This document shows, piece by piece, positions 60,297-64,000 of a stretch of 64,000 bases of DNA. Made by a program: the position numbers and the translations under genes. Below the pieces are notes generated by a model. The model made no database searches, was not told the DNA's origin, and saw only the letters and a list, made by a program, of their open reading frames with translations. Where the stretch lies: positions 1-64,000 of IMG/VR virus record IMGVR_UViG_3300021431_000091; one strand, written 5' to 3'. Position 1 is the first letter of the stretch, and each line of letters begins with the position of its first letter. Source of the stretch: a virus (lineage: Duplodnaviria > Caudoviricetes).

Positions 60297-60965
60297 ATGA
60301 AAACAGACGAAAATTTAAAGCAACTCAAGAAGTTTGCTGCCAGTTATAAGGAGCAGCTGGGTATCTATGGTATCAGGCTGCGTATTGAGGTTGACCCAGA
60401 TTTTGTTCCTGAGCCTGACACTGATGATGTCCAGCTATACAGAATTTTGGTCAACGATAAGGTATTCAGCAATCTCATGACGGAAGATGAGACCAAGAAC
60501 GACATTTTGGGGCTTGCTGAGACATTCAACATATTCAAGGCTCTCCCATCCAGGTTCTATGAGAAAATCATGTTTGACAGGGAGGTTGAGAGGATTAAAG
60601 AACAGCTCAGAAGCTGGGAGGACAAGAGCTACGATTTCTTTCCCAATGAGCTTGACTTTGATGATAACGAGGAAGAAGATGCATGTCCCAGTATCCGTGC
60701 TTACATTGATGAGCTGAGCATTACGGACAGCAACATCCACAGCTTCCTGGTCCACAAGGTTACTATGGATGAGAACGACAACATCAAGCTTATCGGAAAG
60801 ATACAGGGAGATGCTGGGTACTACTATGGGGAGGATGAACTGTACACCACTTTGGGTAGCGTGCTTCCCAGCGACCTGGAGCTTATTCAGGTTCCAGTGT
60901 ATGATGAGACCAAGAACATTGTCAAAGAAACAACTGAAGAAAATGGAGAACAAACTGAAGAATAG
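60297..60965 (+). CDS. Acidic hypothetical protein
   Basis: ORF track. Confidence 0.6.
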   Translation: MKTDENLKQLKKFAASYKEQLGIYGIRLRIEVDPDFVPEPDTDDVQLYRILVNDKVFSNLMTEDETKNDILGLAETFNIFKALPSRFYEKIMFDREVERIKEQLRSWEDKSYDFFPNELDFDDNEEEDACPSIRAYIDELSITDSNIHSFLVHKVTMDENDNIKLIGKIQGDAGYYYGEDELYTTLGSVLPSDLELIQVPVYDETKNIVKETTEENGEQTEE

Positions 60966-61392
60966 CACACTGGTTAAGGTGTGTGAGCAGATTATGGCCG
61001 CTAACATGGCTGAATATGGTAATGAGAGAATAGCAAAACAGGAATCCGCAAGGGACTTCTGGGACCTTATCACTGGAGACGCTGACAGGGAGGAAATCCT
61101 GGAAAAGTACGATATTGAATGCCTCCGTGTCTGTGAGATGTGCGGTGAGTTGATGGATGAAGGTTGGGTGCTTGATGCTACGGTTGTCTGCTCAGATAAA
61201 TGTGCAGCTGAGTTCTTTGATGAGTCTGTTCCAGAGTTCAAGTACCGCATGAGTGACGAGAACTTCATCAAGCAGGCTATGGAATGGGACAAGTGTGAGA
61301 AAAAGTACGAGGACCTGACCGAGGAAGAGCGCGGCAAGTATCTGGATATGGCTATGGATAGAACTGATTTTTACTGGACCGAATGGGAGTGA
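60943..61392 (+). CDS. Zn-finger acidic hypothetical protein
   Basis: CEMC...CSDKC; ends FYWTEWE; start MENKL. Confidence 0.6.
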   Translation: MENKLKNSTLVKVCEQIMAANMAEYGNERIAKQESARDFWDLITGDADREEILEKYDIECLRVCEMCGELMDEGWVLDATVVCSDKCAAEFFDESVPEFKYRMSDENFIKQAMEWDKCEKKYEDLTEEERGKYLDMAMDRTDFYWTEWE

Positions 61393-61393
61393 T

Positions 61394-61783
61394 ATGGGAC
61401 TGTATGAAAAAGTAATGGCAAGCGGTGATACCCAGATTCATGACCGCTACATTTATATTCTCCAGTCTGGCAGCGGAACCATAGAAATCCCTATAATTGG
61501 AAAGCTTATCAAGGAGATTTGCACCATTGGGAGTAACGATGCTGCTGTTGAGAAAGCCTGCAAGCACTGGAGAGTGAAGGAGAAGCTTGCCCAGTACACC
61601 GATGAGGAACTTGCAGAAGAGCTTTCCGAATATGGTGCCTGGGATGAGGATGAACTTAAGAGCAGGAAAGACAACGAAGCGCGTATTGTATGGGCTCTTG
61701 CTTGGGATGTGTTTGACAGCGAGAATCCGAATGAATATCTTGCTATTGACGAGTTACAAATCTATAAAACAGAACAGTCATGA
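61394..61783 (+). CDS. Acidic hypothetical protein
   Basis: LSEYGAWDEDEL motif. Confidence 0.6.
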   Translation: MGLYEKVMASGDTQIHDRYIYILQSGSGTIEIPIIGKLIKEICTIGSNDAAVEKACKHWRVKEKLAQYTDEELAEELSEYGAWDEDELKSRKDNEARIVWALAWDVFDSENPNEYLAIDELQIYKTEQS

Positions 61784-62001
61784 CAAGGATTGCTATTATT
61801 GACCACAATGAGCACCGGCTTTATGTTGAGGATATTCCAGAGGACATCCTTGAGAACCAGTACGGTGGTGATGAACAGAAATACATCGATGACAATTACG
61901 ACATCGAGAACTACTCATGGGACTACATAACTGAGGGTTTGTTCCTTCCAGCTGGTGAGTCTGATTTTTGTGATATTGATTTTGACACTATACTTGATTA
62001 G
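61780..62001 (+). CDS. Small acidic protein
   Basis: ORF track. Confidence 0.55.
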   Translation: MTRIAIIDHNEHRLYVEDIPEDILENQYGGDEQKYIDDNYDIENYSWDYITEGLFLPAGESDFCDIDFDTILD

Positions 62002-62003
62002 TC

Positions 62004-62720
62004 ATGTTAAGTTACGAGAAATTTGAAGAGGCCTGGAATGACCTTGGAAGAAGTGAAAAGGTTGCGCTCTTTAATGAGTACGCTTGTGAGTATTGTCCAG
62101 ATGACCAGATTTACAACTTTAACGAGGAGTTTTTTGAGACCTATTTTAGCGGTAATCCAATGGAGGCTGTAAGAGCTGCCCACTTTGGTGAGATTACCTG
62201 CTGGAATGATGAGTATATCAGATTCAACGGCTATGGAAACCTTGTATCAATGAGCGACTACCAGGCTGCTGAGTGGGCTGATGGATATACTAATGAAATC
62301 TATGAGCATGAGGAGCTTTGGGGTTCTTATATTGATGAGGACGACTACAAGGAAGATGAGTGGAAGGATGATGCTGAGAACACTCTGATTTCCGTATTCG
62401 AAGGCACTGCAAACCTGGATACCATCAACACATTTATTGATAGTCAATGGGATGAGGGCGAGGACGATGAGACCAACATCATTGAGTTCAGAAAGTGGTT
62501 CAGAGTCAACAGAATGGATGAGGGAGGCAAGTACAAGCTGGTTCTTGATGAGGATGCTACAGAAAAGGTGACATCTTCATTCGAGGAGGATATTGACTAC
62601 GACATAGCAGCACGCTTTGTTGAGGACTCTTGGGATTACGATATGTCTGACGAGGACAACATCCAGGCATTCGCTGATTGGTATGAGGATATGAACGGAG
62701 AAAAACTGACTATACTATGA
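62004..62720 (+). CDS. Extremely acidic protein (possible DNA mimic)
   Basis: Very D/E-rich with aromatic residues; DEYIRFNGYGNL motif. Confidence 0.6.
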   Translation: MLSYEKFEEAWNDLGRSEKVALFNEYACEYCPDDQIYNFNEEFFETYFSGNPMEAVRAAHFGEITCWNDEYIRFNGYGNLVSMSDYQAAEWADGYTNEIYEHEELWGSYIDEDDYKEDEWKDDAENTLISVFEGTANLDTINTFIDSQWDEGEDDETNIIEFRKWFRVNRMDEGGKYKLVLDEDATEKVTSSFEEDIDYDIAARFVEDSWDYDMSDEDNIQAFADWYEDMNGEKLTIL

Positions 62721-62995
62721 TAAGTAAGGAGCAAAAGATACGGCTGATTAACGATATGTTTTCAGCTATCTACCCGCTATTGATGGATTCCAGGTGTCTC
62801 ATTAAGCTTCCGAGCGATGAGATTTCCTGGGAGGACGATATTCAGAAAGTTCTTAATTCAGAGGATGAGGAAGGCAGCAATGCCAGGGAGTATTACGGTA
62901 ACTGGAGTGAGGAGGATTTGCTTGACGAACAGGCAAGAATCCAGCTTGGTATTATTGAAGAGTGTTTTGAAACCTTTATGGAAAGAGTAAAATGA
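62717..62995 (+). CDS. Acidic hypothetical protein
   Basis: ORF track. Confidence 0.55.
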   Translation: MISKEQKIRLINDMFSAIYPLLMDSRCLIKLPSDEISWEDDIQKVLNSEDEEGSNAREYYGNWSEEDLLDEQARIQLGIIEECFETFMERVK

Positions 62996-63282
62996 TTGAG
63001 AAAGAACAATTCATAAAAACTATCAAGGGTCTACAGCCTGGTGAGTACATCGATGTGTTTATTGGGGATGAACTGGATGAGCCGTATATCATCTTTGGAA
63101 AAATCAGGATGTTTGGAAATGAGATAATAATAGGAAAGACTCTTGGTGATGGTCAGATATTCATTTGCCAGGATGAGCTTTACAGTACTCTTGACGATTT
63201 GCTGGGAGACCTTTACGATGACCTTATCTACAATGAGGAAATCAGAATTGAGGAGCCATATAAAATGGATGATTGGAACTAA
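62992..63282 (+). CDS. Hypothetical protein
   Basis: ORF track. Confidence 0.55.
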   Translation: MIEKEQFIKTIKGLQPGEYIDVFIGDELDEPYIIFGKIRMFGNEIIIGKTLGDGQIFICQDELYSTLDDLLGDLYDDLIYNEEIRIEEPYKMDDWN

Positions 63283-63297
63283 AAACAACGCACAATT

Positions 63298-63549
63298 ATG
63301 AAATCACTTGAAGATATATTACAGGAGTATTTTGGTCTGGCTGGTCCTGCATTCCCAGATTGCGAGCCACAGAGAAACGAATATGGTGACTGGGACCAGA
63401 AAACCCTGCTTACCGAGGATGGCTGGAAGGCTTACATTAAGCTGACCAACCTTGTGGAGGATTTGGGCAACCTTGGTGTCATGGCTACCACTGATGCCCA
63501 GGAAGCCATTGAGAACATGGATGAAATTTTAACCTCAAAAGGATACTGA
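63298..63549 (+). CDS. Hypothetical protein
   Basis: ORF track. Confidence 0.55.
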   Translation: MKSLEDILQEYFGLAGPAFPDCEPQRNEYGDWDQKTLLTEDGWKAYIKLTNLVEDLGNLGVMATTDAQEAIENMDEILTSKGY

Positions 63550-63550
63550 T

Positions 63551-63853
63551 ATGGACGGAAAGTTAGCATTGACACCCCAGCAACAGAAGCTGGTGGACGA
63601 ATGGAAAGAGCTCAGCCAGAAGATGCATGAAGCTGGAATTAGGTTTGCCATTGACACGGAATATAATGACATTTATGTTCTCAATGACAACAATATTGAG
63701 ATGACAGCTGATGAATATGAGGTAAGTGCTGATGAGCTGGAGAATGGGGAATATGTTGAGTTCAACGATGATGAGGATGCCCAGTTCATGACGTTCCCCA
63801 ACATGACCGAGTTTAACAGCAAGTGTTTGAAGTTATATATTAAATATAAATAA
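63551..63853 (+). CDS. Acidic hypothetical protein
   Basis: ORF track. Confidence 0.55.
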   Translation: MDGKLALTPQQQKLVDEWKELSQKMHEAGIRFAIDTEYNDIYVLNDNNIEMTADEYEVSADELENGEYVEFNDDEDAQFMTFPNMTEFNSKCLKLYIKYK

Positions 63854-63861
63854 GGTATAAA

Positions 63862-64000
63862 ATGAAACAGTATTTAGACATTTTGAATCGCATCTTAAAA
63901 GATGGTGTTAAAAAGGGAGACAGGACAGGAACTGGTACAATTAGCATCTTTGGCACACAGAGCCGCTACAACCTTGCAGACGGATTTCCACTTCTGACCA
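63862..64000 (+). CDS. thyA: Thymidylate synthase ThyA (5' partial, runs off window)
   Basis: [46 protein letters not shown]. Confidence 0.92.
   Translation, partial: MKQYLDILNRILKDGVKKGDRTGTGTISIFGTQSRYNLADGFPLLT

Noticed and set aside
1-64000. Stop-codon recoding, and a terminase gene
   Set aside because: Genes are intact and tightly packed under the standard code; no ORF with terminase Walker A or nuclease motifs was recognised, so it probably lies outside the window.

Overview
The window is a 64-kb segment of a large tailed dsDNA phage of Bacteroidota (Prevotella/Bacteroides-type TAnnTTTG promoters, AT-rich leaders without SD, standard genetic code). 1-30.8 kb (- strand) is a myovirus-type late module: portal, Mu-F, ClpP-like protease/scaffold, major capsid, two tail-sheath paralogues, tube, chaperone, tape measure, baseplate, a 2919-aa tail fibre, GH19 endolysin and a probable DGR-target adhesin. 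31-41 kb holds dUTPase, a Tad2/DUF2829-like protein, a small tyrosine recombinase and three wHTH proteins around an iteron-like repeat. 41-42.7 kb is a non-coding, strand-asymmetric, hairpin-dense region. 42.7-64 kb (+) is a run of early/accessory genes ending in a partial thyA. The standout is a non-DGR, non-intron reverse transcriptase (55802-57076) followed by an array of eight ~177-nt units, with a ninth copy two genes later. The units share almost no primary sequence but keep the same covarying fold: outer stem with AAGG/UGA internal loop, 5'-leader pseudoknot, invariant TTCA and ATCT-N6-TRAAG motifs, and a unit-specific long hairpin. This suggests an RT with a cassette of retron-like template RNAs. 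Two -1 frameshift sites (tail chaperone and portal->Mu-F), a CTATTT late-promoter motif and further structured RNAs were also seen. All protein calls come from motif recognition by eye; no database search was run.
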